Assembly: GCA_035627755.1 (NCBI GenBank)
Contig: DASPLD010000221.1
Location: 1-56,738 of the forward strand
From: Caulobacter sp.
GTDB taxonomy: Bacteria > Pseudomonadota > Alphaproteobacteria > Caulobacterales > Caulobacteraceae
DNA: 56,738 nucleotides
Reading direction: 5' to 3'
Part shown: in pieces, positions 1-9,687 of the stretch
Position numbering within the stretch: the first letter of the stretch is position 1
Layout: each line of letters opens with the position of its first letter
The notes under the pieces: generated by a model
What the model was told of the DNA's origin: nothing
Seen by the model: the letters and a program-made list of their open reading frames with translations, nothing else
The model's database searches: none
Position numbers and translations under genes: made by a program

Positions 1-3000
1 CGGTTGGTCTTGTAGTCGACGACCAGCACCCGGTCGGACGTCACCACCAGCCGATCCACCCGGCCCGAGATCGCCAGGCCGGTGGGGAGCGCCTTCGCCG
101 AGCCGGCCAGGGCCACCTCGGCCCGCGAGCCCGGCCCGAACACCTCCGCGAAGTCCGGATGCTCCAGCACCCCGAGGGCCGCGGCCGCCATTTCGTCGCG
201 CTGGGTCTCCGACAGGTCGGGCTCATGGGCCAGCATCCGCCGCGCCGTCTCGCGGCGCGCCTCCGGCTCCACGTCCGGCAGCAGCTGCAGCAGCCGGTGG
301 ATCAGGTCGCCGCGCCGGAAGCGGTCCAGACCGCCCTCCCGGGCCAGGGGCGACGGCGCCGCCAGCCGGCTGCGGCTGGCGGCCTGGGAAGGCGAGGACC
401 AGGCCGTGGCGGGCGGTTCGACCGGCGCCGGTATGACGATCCAGGCGGGCGGCGGCGGCGCGACCGCCTCCGCATCGGGCGCGTCGCCGACGAAGGGCGC
501 CGGCGTCGTCCCGAACCGCCGGAACAGGAATTCGCCGTCCGCCATCTGCTCGACCTGGCCGCCAGCTTCCAGCCGGTCGAAGGCCGAGGCCATCGCCCCG
601 TACCAGCCTTCCGGCTGGGTCCCTTCCTTGAGCCGGGCCGGGGCCCGGCCGCACAGCACCAGCCGGTCCCGCGCCCGGGTCAGCCCGACGTAGAGCAGCC
701 GCCAGCTCTCGCCCTCGTCGCGGTCCTTGCGCCGCTGGCGGGCGGCGGCGCTGGCGGCGCAGTCGTCGCCCTGGCGCGCCGCCCAGAGGAAGCCGCCATC
801 TTCGGTCTCCAGCAACGCCGAGCCGCGGGCCCCGGTCTTCACCGTGGTCTCCGGCAGGAAGACGATCGGCGCCTCCAGTCCCTTGGCGCCATGGGCGGTC
901 ATCACCCGCACCTCGCCGGCCCCGGCCTCCATCTCCCGCTTGACCGAGATCTCCAGGCCCTCGAAGGCCGCCGCCAGCCGCTCGAGGTCGAGGACACCCC
1001 GCTGTTCGGCCTCCAGGGTGCGGCTGAGGAACTCGTCCATCACATCGCCGGCCTCCGAGCCCAGCCGCTCCAGCATCCGCGCCCGCGCCGACCGTCCGCC
1101 GGCGTCGCGAAGGCCGAGCATCCGGCTGTAGAACTCGAAGGGCGGCCTGCCCGGGGCGAGGCTCAGCCCCGCCTCCAGATAGGTCCGCGCCGCCGCGACG
1201 GCCGCCGCGTCCGCCGTCCGCAGCTGATCCCACAGGCTGCCCAGCCGCCGCCGCGCCAAGCTGTAGATGTCCTCGTCGTCCAGGCCGCAGAGCGGGCTCT
1301 TGAGCAGGGCCGCCAGGTTGAGGTCGTCGTTCGGGAACTGGACGAACCGGGCCAGCGCCATCAGGTCGTCGAAGGCGATATGTTCCGACAGGGTCAGCCG
1401 ATCGGCCCCGGCCACCGGGACCTGGGCCCGGCGCAGCTCGCGGATGATATCCTCGAACAGGGCCCGCCGCCGCCGCACCAGCACGATGACGTCGCCGAAG
1501 GTCGCCGCCCGGGGGTGGCCGGCCTTGTCGTAGACGGTGTCCCCGCGCGCCACGAGGGCCTTGATCTCCCGCGCGATCCGCCGCGCCAGCCGGCGGTTGG
1601 CGCTCTCCTCCGCCTCGACGTCGAGCGGGGCGTCCCAGGCCCCCCGCTCCTGGGCCGGCTCCTCGGTCTCCAGGGGCCAGAGATCGACGCAGCCGGGATG
1701 CCCGACCCGGAAGGCCACATGGGTCAGCGACTCCGCCCCCACCGGCGGCTTGACCCCGATCTGGGTGCGCGGGTCGGAGAACAGGCTGTCGACGAAGGCC
1801 AGCACCGTCGCAACCGAACGGTAGGAGGTGTTCAGCGGCGCCCGCACCGCCTTGTGGTCGGCCGCGTTGATCAGCGCCAGGTAGCGGTCGGTCTCGGCGA
1901 CCAGCCGGTCGGGATCGGCTCCCTGGAAGCTGTAGATCGACTGCTTCTCGTCCCCGACGATGAACAGGGTCCGATGCGGGCTTGCGGCCGGCCGCGCGCG
2001 CCCGGCGCCGGCGAAGAACTCGTCGGTCAGCGCCTGGGCGATCGCCCACTGCTCCGGCGCGGTGTCCTGCGCCTCGTCGATCAGGATGTGCTCCAGCCCC
2101 CCGTCCAGCTTGTAGAGAACCCAGGCCGCCCCCTCGGAGGCCGACACCAGGTCGCGGGCCTTGGCCACCAGGTCGGCGAAGTCGAGCACGCCCCGGTCCT
2201 GCTTGGCCTGTTCGTAGGCATCGGCGTACTGCTCCGCCAGGCAGAGCACCGCCAGGGTGTCTTCGGCGATCACGGCCCCGCGCCGCCGCTCGCGCGCCGC
2301 CGCCAGCCGGTCCTGTTCGGCCAGCAGGGCTTCGCGCAGGTCCTCCCGCCCCTTGAGGCCCGAGGTCTTGGCGACCCAGGCCGCGGGGGTTCCCGCCCCG
2401 CCCTGGGTGAACAGCGCCGCCAGCATGCCCGGAAAATCCGAGGCCTCGACCGCCGCCAGCAACTGTTCGGCGCACTTCACGTCGGTCTTGCCGCCCTGGC
2501 CAAGCACCGCCGCGGCGGCCCGCCAGAGGCCGGTGTCGGTCGCCGCGACGGCCTCGCGCTCGACCGTCTCGACATCGGAGGGCGCCTCGAAGCCGCAGCG
2601 GCGCCAGACGTCTGCGACCGCGCCTTCGTAGCCGCCGAGTCCGGCCAGGTAGTCGCCGATCGCCCCGCGCCGCTCCTGGAAGGTCCGGAACAGGCCCTCG
2701 AAGCTCAGGTAGTCCAGGGCGATCGCCAGCCGCGCGTAGGCCTCCGACACCCGCGACGGTCCCGCCCCCGCGACGCCCGCCAGCCGCTCGCGCGCATCCC
2801 GCGCCGCCAGGGCGGCCGCGGCGTCGTCCATCACCGTGAACCGGGGCGAGATCCCGGCCTCCATGGGGAACCGCCGCAGCAGCTGTTCGCAGAAGGCGTG
2901 GATGGTCTGGATCTTCAGGCCGCCCGGCGTCTCCAGCGCCCGGGCGAACAGCTTGCGGGCGTCGGCCAGGTCGCGCCCATGGCCGGGCCCCAGCAGCTGG

Positions 3001-3260
3001 TCGAGCGCCCTGGACAGCGCCTCGTCCGGCGTCACCGCCCAGTCGCCCAGCAGACCGAAGAGCCGCCCCTGCATCTCCGCCGCCGCCGCCTTGGTGTAGG
3101 TGACGCAGAGGATGGCCGAGGGCGGCGCCCCCGCCAGCAGCAGCCGCGCCACCCGGTCGATCAGGGTCTTGGTCTTGCCCGACCCGGCGTTGGCGGTGAC
3201 GAAGGCGTTGATCTCCGGATCGGCCGCCAGCGCCTGGGCTTCGTCGAGCTGGAGGCTCAT
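1..3260 (-). CDS. addA: Double-strand break repair helicase-nuclease AddA (3' end runs off the window)
   Basis: Not in the ORF track because there is no stop in the window. Read manually from ATG 3260: MSLQLDEAQALAADPEINAFVTANAGSGKTKTL (Walker A), HILIDEAQD, VGDEKQSIYSFQGA, MTAHGAKGLE, LLYVGLTRARD, nuclease GRVDRLVV...VVDYKTN. ATGA overlap with addB. Confidence 0.97.
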   Translation of the reverse strand, partial: MSLQLDEAQALAADPEINAFVTANAGSGKTKTLIDRVARLLLAGAPPSAILCVTYTKAAAAEMQGRLFGLLGDWAVTPDEALSRALDQLLGPGHGRDLADARKLFARALETPGGLKIQTIHAFCEQLLRRFPMEAGISPRFTVMDDAAAALAARDARERLAGVAGAGPSRVSEAYARLAIALDYLSFEGLFRTFQERRGAIGDYLAGLGGYEGAVADVWRRCGFEAPSDVETVEREAVAATDTGLWRAAAAVLGQGGKTDVKCAEQLLAAVEASDFPGMLAALFTQGGAGTPAAWVAKTSGLKGREDLREALLAEQDRLAAARERRRGAVIAEDTLAVLCLAEQYADAYEQAKQDRGVLDFADLVAKARDLVSASEGAAWVLYKLDGGLEHILIDEAQDTAPEQWAIAQALTDEFFAGAGRARPAASPHRTLFIVGDEKQSIYSFQGADPDRLVAETDRYLALINAADHKAVRAPLNTSYRSVATVLAFVDSLFSDPRTQIGVKPPVGAESLTHVAFRVGHPGCVDLWPLETEEPAQERGAWDAPLDVEAEESANRRLARRIAREIKALVARGDTVYDKAGHPRAATFGDVIVLVRRRRALFEDIIRELRRAQVPVAGADRLTLSEHIAFDDLMALARFVQFPNDDLNLAALLKSPLCGLDDEDIYSLARRRLGSLWDQLRTADAAAVAAARTYLEAGLSLAPGRPPFEFYSRMLGLRDAGGRSARARMLERLGSEAGDVMDEFLSRTLEAEQRGVLDLERLAAAFEGLEISVKREMEAGAGEVRVMTAHGAKGLEAPIVFLPETTVKTGARGSALLETEDGGFLWAARQGDDCAASAAARQRRKDRDEGESWRLLYVGLTRARDRLVLCGRAPARLKEGTQPEGWYGAMASAFDRLEAGGQVEQMADGEFLFRRFGTTPAPFVGDAPDAEAVAPPPPAWIVIPAPVEPPATAWSSPSQAASRSRLAAPSPLAREGGLDRFRRGDLIHRLLQLLPDVEPEARRETARRMLAHEPDLSETQRDEMAAAALGVLEHPDFAEVFGPGSRAEVALAGSAKALPTGLAISGRVDRLVVTSDRVLVVDYKTN

Positions 3261-6200
3261 TCCCCCTCCTCCCCGTCCGCCCCGGTCGACCATTCCATGA
3301 CCCGCGCCAGGTGGTCGTAGTCGCCGGCGTAGGTCTTCACGAACTGCGGCGCCGTGCGGCTCGGATAGGGCTGGTCCGGGTTGCGGTAGGCGGCCAGCAG
3401 CCGCATCGCCCCCTCGACCGCCGCCCTGGCCGCCGCCTCGCTCTCCTCGCCGGCCGCCTTCCGGGTCTCGATCACGCCGGCGGGGTTGCGTCCGGTGATC
3501 CGCACATAGGTCAGGTCGCCGAAGGAGCCCTTCAGCCCGTCGAACCCGCCGGAGGCCAGGATCGCCGCCGTCAGGGTCAGCTGCGGCGAGAAGCCGGTGT
3601 CGATCATCTTGGCCGTCGGCGCCGCCCCGGTCTTGTAGTCGAGGATGTGGCCGACTCCGTCCGGGGTGATCTCGATCCGGTCGGACTTGGCGGTCAGGGT
3701 GTGGGCGACGCCGCCGGCGTTGAGGCTCATCTTCCCCTCGACCTCGACATGCACCCGCGCGCCGCCGGCCCGCCGCTGGCGCTCGAAGTCGGCCACCCAG
3801 GCGGCCGTCTCCCGGGCCAGCACCCGCTCGCGGGCCAGGGCCGCCTCGGAGAGGCCCAGGGCCTGCAGCTCGGCGATGTACCTCTGCTCGAAGAAGCGCT
3901 CCGGGTCGGCCGGCGGCGCGCTGTTCCACTGCCGCGACAGGGCTTCGAAGGCGGCGTGGATGGCGGTGCCCCGCGCCGTGTTCTCGACCAGCTGGTCGGG
4001 CCGCTCCAGGGCCCGCAGCTTGAGGATGTCCCGCGCCCAGACCGCGTAGGGATCGCGGGTCAGGGTCTCCAGTCGGGTCACCGCCAGCCGCGTCGGCCGG
4101 TCCTCGACGGGGGGCGTCGGCTGGGGCCGGCCGATCCAGCGGTCCCCATGGCCGACGTCCAGGCTTCGCGCCCAGTCGACGAGGTCAGGCCGGCCGGGCA
4201 GGGCCTTGCCCGCGCCCTTGGCCAGGGTGCGCAAGCGCCACAGCCAGCGGCTCTCGGTCGCCGGCGCCCCCTCGCGCCGGGCCGAGCTGACCAGCACCAC
4301 CTCCGGCGCGCAGGCCGCCTGGGCGAAGTCGTGAGCCGACAGCCCGATTCGCCGCTCGGGACTGGGCAGCTCCAGGGTCCGCCGCATGGCCCGCGACAGG
4401 AAGGGGTCGATCGGCGCCCCGCGAGGCCAGACCCCCTCCTCCAGCCCGGCGAGCACCAGCCGGTCGGCCCGCGTCATCCGCGATTCCAGGGTCCCCATGA
4501 TCAGCAGCCGCGGGTGGGTGGCCTCCCCGCCCCGCACGCTCTCCTCGCCCACCATCCGGTGGATCAGGGTGCGGAAGGCCAGGGGCGTCACCGGCGCCAG
4601 CCGCCCGCCCTCGGCGATCAGTCCGCCGAGCAGCCGGGACAGCGCCTCGCCCTCCGGCCCGGACCACAGCAGCCCGGCGCCGTCGCAGAGCGCCTCCAGT
4701 CCCGCCGCCAGCCCCCGGGCGGCCGACGCCGGGTCGGCTGTCCCGCCGGCAAAGGGGGCGCGGGCCAGGGCGATGGCGCCGTCGAGGTCCTCCGACAGGG
4801 CCTTGGCCTCGGCCAGCCGCCCAGCCTCGGCCGGCGCCCGCCTCGCCCGCTCGTCCAGCCGCGTCGCCACCCCTTGCGGGCCCAGCGGCCGCGGGCCTCG
4901 CAGCGCCCGCCGCTCGAGGGTCTCGGCCGCCGCCGCCAGGGCGCCCGGCGCCCGCCCCAGCCGCGCCAGCGGACTCTTCAGCAGCGACAGCCGCGCCACC
5001 GGGTCGGCCGGGTCGAGCACCAGTTCGGCCAGGGTGACCGCCACCGCCCCGGCGGGCTTCAGCGCCAGGCTGACCCCCGCGGTGCTGTCCGCCGCCACCC
5101 CCCAGCGGGCCAGCCGGGCCGACACCCGCCGGGCCAGCGCCTGGTCCGGGGTGATCAGAGCGCTGGTCTTGCCGGGCGTCTCCAGCGCCTCGCGCAGCAG
5201 CAGGGCGCAGAGGTTGGCCGTCTCCTCCTCGTTCGCCCCGGTCACCGCCGACAGCCCCTGCAGGCCGGCCTCGAACGGGTCGATGCCCGCCTGCTCGCCC
5301 TCGGCCCGCAGGTCGGCGATCACCTGCAGCCAGTCGGCCGTCGCCTCGGCGGGCCGCAGGGCCTCGTTGATCACCCGGCGGCGCCAGCGGCCCTTCATCT
5401 CCACCGAAGGCCGGTCGCCCTCGGCCCGCCAGGGCCGCACGTCCCGGCGCTCGACCCCGGCTAGGGACAGCAGCCGCTTCATCGCCCCCTGTGGATGCTG
5501 GTCCTCGATCTCGGCCCAGGCGCTGTCGGCCAGGTTCTGGTCGAGTCCGGGCAGGATCACCGACCCGCGCGGCAGCCCGGCGATGGCCTTCAGCAGCCGG
5601 GCCGTCGCCGGCTGCGCCCCGGTCGAGCCGGCGGCGACCACCGGCCCCAGCGGCGGCCGCTCCCGCCAGCTGTGGGTCAGGTGGTCCAGCAGCCGCACCC
5701 GCCGCTCGGCCACGTCCATCAGCCCCAGCGCCTTCAGCCGCTCCGGCCAGGCCTCGACGGCCACGGTCAGCACCGCCGCCGACACCTCCCAGTGCCGCGC
5801 CTGGTCCATGCCGACCAGGTCCCCGATCCGCGCGGCGACCGGCGCCTCCTCGATGGCGGCCGCGTCCATGAACTCCGCCAGGGCGTCGGCCAGGTCCAGG
5901 GCATGCAGGGTCCCGAGCCGGCCGGCGGAGAGGTCGTCGACCATCGCCGCCAGCTCGAATCGCCGCCGCATCGGATCGATCGCCGGGGGCAGGTCCAGCC
6001 CCGCGTCCCCGGGCTCGAACGGCGGCTCCCCCTCGTCGAGGTCCCCCAGGGCCCGGATCTGCGGCAGCAGCACGGCGCGCCCGCCCGCCGCCTTCAGAAA
6101 GGACTCCCCCAGCGCCCGCGCCGCCCGCCGGGTCGGCACCAGCAGCAGGGCGCCGGGCGTATCCTCCGGCCCCGGCAGGGCCTCGATCAGCCCCGCCGCC

Positions 6201-6262
6201 AGGTCGTCGAGGAACGGCCGGTGGGCCGGGATCGAGAACCAGTTGGCGGGCGGATCGGACAT
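3257..6262 (-). CDS. addB: Double-strand break repair protein AddB
   Basis: N-terminal FSIPAHRPFLDDLA, LLVPTRRA, C-terminal PD-(D/E)xK nuclease (KSDRIE...ILDYKTG), DYDHLARV end; directly upstream of addA. Confidence 0.96.
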   Translation of the reverse strand: MSDPPANWFSIPAHRPFLDDLAAGLIEALPGPEDTPGALLLVPTRRAARALGESFLKAAGGRAVLLPQIRALGDLDEGEPPFEPGDAGLDLPPAIDPMRRRFELAAMVDDLSAGRLGTLHALDLADALAEFMDAAAIEEAPVAARIGDLVGMDQARHWEVSAAVLTVAVEAWPERLKALGLMDVAERRVRLLDHLTHSWRERPPLGPVVAAGSTGAQPATARLLKAIAGLPRGSVILPGLDQNLADSAWAEIEDQHPQGAMKRLLSLAGVERRDVRPWRAEGDRPSVEMKGRWRRRVINEALRPAEATADWLQVIADLRAEGEQAGIDPFEAGLQGLSAVTGANEEETANLCALLLREALETPGKTSALITPDQALARRVSARLARWGVAADSTAGVSLALKPAGAVAVTLAELVLDPADPVARLSLLKSPLARLGRAPGALAAAAETLERRALRGPRPLGPQGVATRLDERARRAPAEAGRLAEAKALSEDLDGAIALARAPFAGGTADPASAARGLAAGLEALCDGAGLLWSGPEGEALSRLLGGLIAEGGRLAPVTPLAFRTLIHRMVGEESVRGGEATHPRLLIMGTLESRMTRADRLVLAGLEEGVWPRGAPIDPFLSRAMRRTLELPSPERRIGLSAHDFAQAACAPEVVLVSSARREGAPATESRWLWRLRTLAKGAGKALPGRPDLVDWARSLDVGHGDRWIGRPQPTPPVEDRPTRLAVTRLETLTRDPYAVWARDILKLRALERPDQLVENTARGTAIHAAFEALSRQWNSAPPADPERFFEQRYIAELQALGLSEAALARERVLARETAAWVADFERQRRAGGARVHVEVEGKMSLNAGGVAHTLTAKSDRIEITPDGVGHILDYKTGAAPTAKMIDTGFSPQLTLTAAILASGGFDGLKGSFGDLTYVRITGRNPAGVIETRKAAGEESEAAARAAVEGAMRLLAAYRNPDQPYPSRTAPQFVKTYAGDYDHLARVMEWSTGADGEEGE

Positions 6263-6293
6263 CGGCGGCAGTATGGCACGGTCCGTTGAGTCG

Positions 6294-7007
6294 CTAGCCC
6301 CGCAGCTTCGCCTCGGCCAGGTCGCGGGCCTCCGGATCGCCGACGTGCATCCACAGCCCGGGCGGGCTCACCCCGTGCACCCGGCCCTTCTCCGCCAAGG
6401 CCTTCCAGAGCGGCAGCAGGGAGAACGGCCCCTCCGGCCCGTCGGCCACCACCGAGGGCTTGCTGACATGCACCCCGACATAGACGTAGGGCGCCGTCTC
6501 CCCGGGCCCCTTGAACCGCACCCGGCCGTCTTCCTCGAGGAACACGTCGCCCGTGTCGTGGAAGCCCATCGACCCGGCCGTGGGGGCCAGCATCAGGCAG
6601 ACGTCCATCCGCTCCGGGTCCCAGGCCTCCGCCACCGCGCCGACCGCCGAGACCCCGTCCTCGATCCAAACCGAGTCGATGTTGGCGACGAAGAAGGGTC
6701 CCTCGGGAAGCAGCGGCAGGGCCTGTTTCACCCCGCCGCCGGTCTCCAGGGCCCGGGGCCGCTCGTCGGAGATGACGATCCGCGGCGGCGCCTGTCGCCC
6801 GGCCAGGTGCGCCTCCACCAGGTCGGCGAAGTAATGGACGTTGACCACCGCCGTCTCGACCCCGGCCTGCGCCAGCCGGTCGAGCATATGATCCATCAGC
6901 GCCCGGCCGCCGACCTCGACCAGGGCCTTTGGCCGATCGTCGGTCAGCGGCCGCATCCGGGTGCCCAGGCCCGCGGCCAGCACCATCGCGGTCCTGATCC
7001 CGCTCAT
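6294..7007 (-). CDS. murU: N-acetylmuramate alpha-1-phosphate uridylyltransferase (nucleotidyltransferase)
   Basis: AMVLAAGLGTRMRPLT...PKAL, LETGGG, WMHVG; follows amgK. Confidence 0.88.
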   Translation of the reverse strand: MSGIRTAMVLAAGLGTRMRPLTDDRPKALVEVGGRALMDHMLDRLAQAGVETAVVNVHYFADLVEAHLAGRQAPPRIVISDERPRALETGGGVKQALPLLPEGPFFVANIDSVWIEDGVSAVGAVAEAWDPERMDVCLMLAPTAGSMGFHDTGDVFLEEDGRVRFKGPGETAPYVYVGVHVSKPSVVADGPEGPFSLLPLWKALAEKGRVHGVSPPGLWMHVGDPEARDLAEAKLRG

Positions 7008-7017
7008 TCCCCCACCC

Positions 7018-7151
7018 CGTCATCCCGGACGGCCCGAAGGGACGATCCGGGACCCAGGGGGGGAAGGAATGCCGGCCCTGCAGCCGCGAGCGATGGGGGT
7101 GTCGCCCCTGGGTCCCGGCTCTCCGCGCTCCGCGCTGCGGCCGGTATGACG
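7018..7151. repeat. CGTC-tagged palindromic intergenic repeat (dimeric), copy 1
   Basis: CGTCATCCCGG...CCGGGACCCAGGG / CCCTGGGTCCCGG...CCGGTATGACG; same architecture at 9544 and 36631. Confidence 0.9.
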
Positions 7152-7161
7152 GAGAAGGGGA

Positions 7162-8253
7162 TCATCGCCGGGCCTCCGCGGGAACATGGGCGTCGAACCA
7201 GCCCTTGAGCTCGGCCAGCGCCGGATCGGCCAGGCAGCTGTCCAGATAGCCCCACAGCCGGGGCAGGTAGCCCTCGTACCGGGGCTTGCCGTCGCGCGTC
7301 ACCAGCCGGGCGAAGATGCCGATGATGCGGGCCACGTTGAGTGCGCCGAGCGCATGGTAGTCGGCCAGGAACCGCTCCCGCTCCAGCCAGGGATGGGCCG
7401 CGAGATACCGCTCGAGAGCCGCCGCCTCGCGCTCCGGCGTCACCTGCCGGCGAGCGTCGTGCAGCAGCATGGACAGGTCCCAGACCCGGTGGGCCTTCAC
7501 CGCGTCCTGGAAGTCGACCATGCCGACGCGCGCGGGGCCCTCGCGGTCCGGCAGCCAGATCAGGTTCTCGGCGTGGTAGTCGCGGTGGCAGAAGACCTCC
7601 GCCCCCTCCTCCGCGGTCCGCAGGATCGGCGCCCAGGCCGCCTGCCACGCCTCCAGCGCCGCCGCGTCCGGCGCGAAGGCCGGCCGCAGCTTCGGCAGCC
7701 AGTCGACGAACAGCTCGGCGGCCGTGGTCAGGGCTAGGCCGTCGTAGGTCAGCAGCGGCCAGCGGACGTCCTCGCCCCCCAGCACGGCCGGCGGCGGGCT
7801 GGCGTGGATGACCGCCAGGGTGTCGACGGCGGCGTCGTAGAGCGCCGCCTCCTCGGCGCCGCCGGCGATGGCCTGGGCGAACAGCCCGTCGCCCAGGTCC
7901 TCCATGACCGCCAGCCCGGCCTCGACATCGAAGGCGACCATCCGCGGCGCCGACAGGCCCAGGTCGGTGAGGTGCCGCGCGCAGGCGACGAAGGCGTCCA
8001 CCCGCCCGGCCGCCAGCCGGTAGGCGGCGTTGAAGCCCAGCGCCCGCCGCTCCTCCACCGTCGCCCCGGGCGGACAGGGGGCGCTCTCGGCGCGCGGCGG
8101 CTGGTCCATGAAGATCAGGCTCGGGCCGCTGATCGGATGCAGACGCTCGTAGGCCCGGGTCGAGGCGTCGCCGGCCAGCGGCTGGCGCCGCGCCTGCCCA
8201 AGGCCATGCTCTGCCAGGAAGGCCGCCTTCAGGGCTTCACGATCAGAACTCAA
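7162..8253 (-). CDS. amgK: N-acetylmuramate/N-acetylglucosamine kinase (APH-like phosphotransferase)
   Basis: LAGDASTRAYERL, HRDYHAENL, DFQDA motifs. Probable TTG start at 8253 overlapping the tsaE stop; the ORF track starts at 8277. Confidence 0.88.
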   Translation of the reverse strand: MSSDREALKAAFLAEHGLGQARRQPLAGDASTRAYERLHPISGPSLIFMDQPPRAESAPCPPGATVEERRALGFNAAYRLAAGRVDAFVACARHLTDLGLSAPRMVAFDVEAGLAVMEDLGDGLFAQAIAGGAEEAALYDAAVDTLAVIHASPPPAVLGGEDVRWPLLTYDGLALTTAAELFVDWLPKLRPAFAPDAAALEAWQAAWAPILRTAEEGAEVFCHRDYHAENLIWLPDREGPARVGMVDFQDAVKAHRVWDLSMLLHDARRQVTPEREAAALERYLAAHPWLERERFLADYHALGALNVARIIGIFARLVTRDGKPRYEGYLPRLWGYLDSCLADPALAELKGWFDAHVPAEARR

Positions 8254-8680
8254 GCGGTCGGTCCTTCCAGGCGCCATGCGGGGTCAGGCGGGCGGTGCGG
8301 CCCTCACCCTCAAATGCGATCTCTATATCCAGTCTGTCGGCCGGAAGGCGACCCTCCAGCCGCTGCGGCCATTCGACCAGCGCCGCGCCCCCGTCCAGCG
8401 CCTCGTCCAGCCCGATCTCATAGGCCTCGTCCGGGTCGGTGAGCCGGTAGAGATCGAAATGGGCCAGGGGGAACCGCCCCGTCTCGTAGAACTGCACCAG
8501 GGTGAAGGTCGGGCTCGGCACCTCCTCGTCGGGGGTGGTCAGCGCCCGCACCAGGGCCCGGGCCAGGGTCGACTTGCCCGCCCCCAGCGGGCCCGACAGG
8601 CAGATCGCCTCCCCAGGGCCCAGCAGCGCGGCCAGCCGCCGGCCGAGCGCCTGCGTCGCCGCCTCGTCGGCCAAGACCAC
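8243..8680 (-). CDS. tsaE: tRNA threonylcarbamoyladenosine biosynthesis ATPase
   Basis: LSGPLGAGKSTLARA, VPSPTFTLVQ, HFDLYRL, LVEWP. Confidence 0.96.
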   Translation of the reverse strand: MVLADEAATQALGRRLAALLGPGEAICLSGPLGAGKSTLARALVRALTTPDEEVPSPTFTLVQFYETGRFPLAHFDLYRLTDPDEAYEIGLDEALDGGAALVEWPQRLEGRLPADRLDIEIAFEGEGRTARLTPHGAWKDRPLEF

Positions 8681-8682
8681 GT

Positions 8683-9513
8683 TCAGAACACCGCCCCCGG
8701 ATCGCGCGGCAAGGTGCGTTCGACGAAGGTCTTCAGCGCCTCGGTGATCGGCTCCGCCGCCTGGCCGGCCAGCCGTTCGGGCGGGATGGCCCGCCCGAAG
8801 GTCAGCGAGAACCGCCTCCCCTTCTTGTTCAGGAGCTCATGGAACAGGGTGATGTCGCGCAGCTCCGGCGAGAAGCCGTTGAAGAAGTGGAACAGGGTCG
8901 ACCAGGGCCCCGACACATGCGCCGGCACGACCGGGGCCTCGTACTTCTGGGCCACCGAGATCGCCGTCGGCATCCAGGGCTTGTCGGTCAGCACCCCCTG
9001 GGTGTCCCGCCGCGCCAGCACCCCGGCCGGGAAGATGGCCAGGCAGCGCTCGGCCTCCATCGCCTCGCGGGTCATCTGCAGGGTGAGCCGGGTGCGCTCG
9101 CGCGTCCGCTTGGTCTTCACCCATTCGACCGGGATCAGCGCCTCGTCGAACCGGGGGCAGACCCGGTGGGCGTCGGAGTTGGCGTAGAACAGCAGGTCTG
9201 GCCGGGGCCCCTTGAGCTTGTCGTACAGGGCGATGCCGTCGGCGATCCCGGTCGGATGGTTGGCCACCACGACCAGCCGCCCGGTCGCGGGCACATGCTC
9301 CAGTCCCCGCGCCGTGACGTCGAGCGCCAGCAGGTCGGAGATATGCTCCATCGCCGCCGCCCCGCCCATCGGCGCGATGGCGTCGGCCATGGCCCGCGCC
9401 TGCGGATAGTGCAGCGCCTGATAGAGCGGCTGGCGCACCAGCGGCCAGGCCCAGGATCCCGCCAGCTTCGGCGCCCGCTCCTCGATCAGGATGTCGACGA
9501 TGGGTTTTTCCAC
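8683..9513 (-). CDS. PlsC-family lysophospholipid/aminolipid acyltransferase
   Basis: NHPTGIADG (HX4D) and IFPAG motifs. GTG start at 9513 chosen because the longer ORF runs into the repeat. Confidence 0.8.
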   Translation of the reverse strand: MEKPIVDILIEERAPKLAGSWAWPLVRQPLYQALHYPQARAMADAIAPMGGAAAMEHISDLLALDVTARGLEHVPATGRLVVVANHPTGIADGIALYDKLKGPRPDLLFYANSDAHRVCPRFDEALIPVEWVKTKRTRERTRLTLQMTREAMEAERCLAIFPAGVLARRDTQGVLTDKPWMPTAISVAQKYEAPVVPAHVSGPWSTLFHFFNGFSPELRDITLFHELLNKKGRRFSLTFGRAIPPERLAGQAAEPITEALKTFVERTLPRDPGAVF

Positions 9514-9543
9514 GAGTCCGAGTCTATCCACCCAACCTTCATC

Positions 9544-9683
9544 CGTCATCCCGGCCGCAGGGCGAAGCCCGGAAAGCCGGACCCAGGGCGAGCGGCAAAC
9601 TACCGGCAGCTTCAAGTTCCGCTCCCGTCCCCCCTGGGTCCCGGGTCTCCCCCCGGCTACGCCGGGGTCCGCCCGGGATGACG
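9544..9683. repeat. CGTC-tagged palindromic intergenic repeat, copy 2
   Basis: CGTCATCCCGG...CCGGACCCAGGG / CCCTGGGTCCCGGG...CCGGGATGACG. Confidence 0.9.
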
Positions 9684-9687
9684 GGAG

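Noticed and set aside
223-2475. 750-aa minus-strand ORF
   Set aside because: Wrong-frame Gly/Arg-rich shadow; the AddA frame is a different one that lacks a stop in the window.
159-3320. 1053-aa plus-strand ORF and similar very long antisense ORFs (3311-5464, 29910-33305, 37340-40093, 48906-51326, 53586-55985)
   Set aside because: Antisense shadows of real high-GC3 genes; no recognisable motifs.
3257-3400. AddB lacks the Fe-S cysteines of Bacillus AddB
   Set aside because: Usual for alphaproteobacterial AddB; not a defect.
9514-9615. N-terminal extension of the acyltransferase
   Set aside because: Derives from the intergenic repeat, and a promoter-like arrangement supports GTG 9513. Similar upstream extensions of cphA, tsaD, hemC, DUF3576 and the MFS gene were also trimmed.
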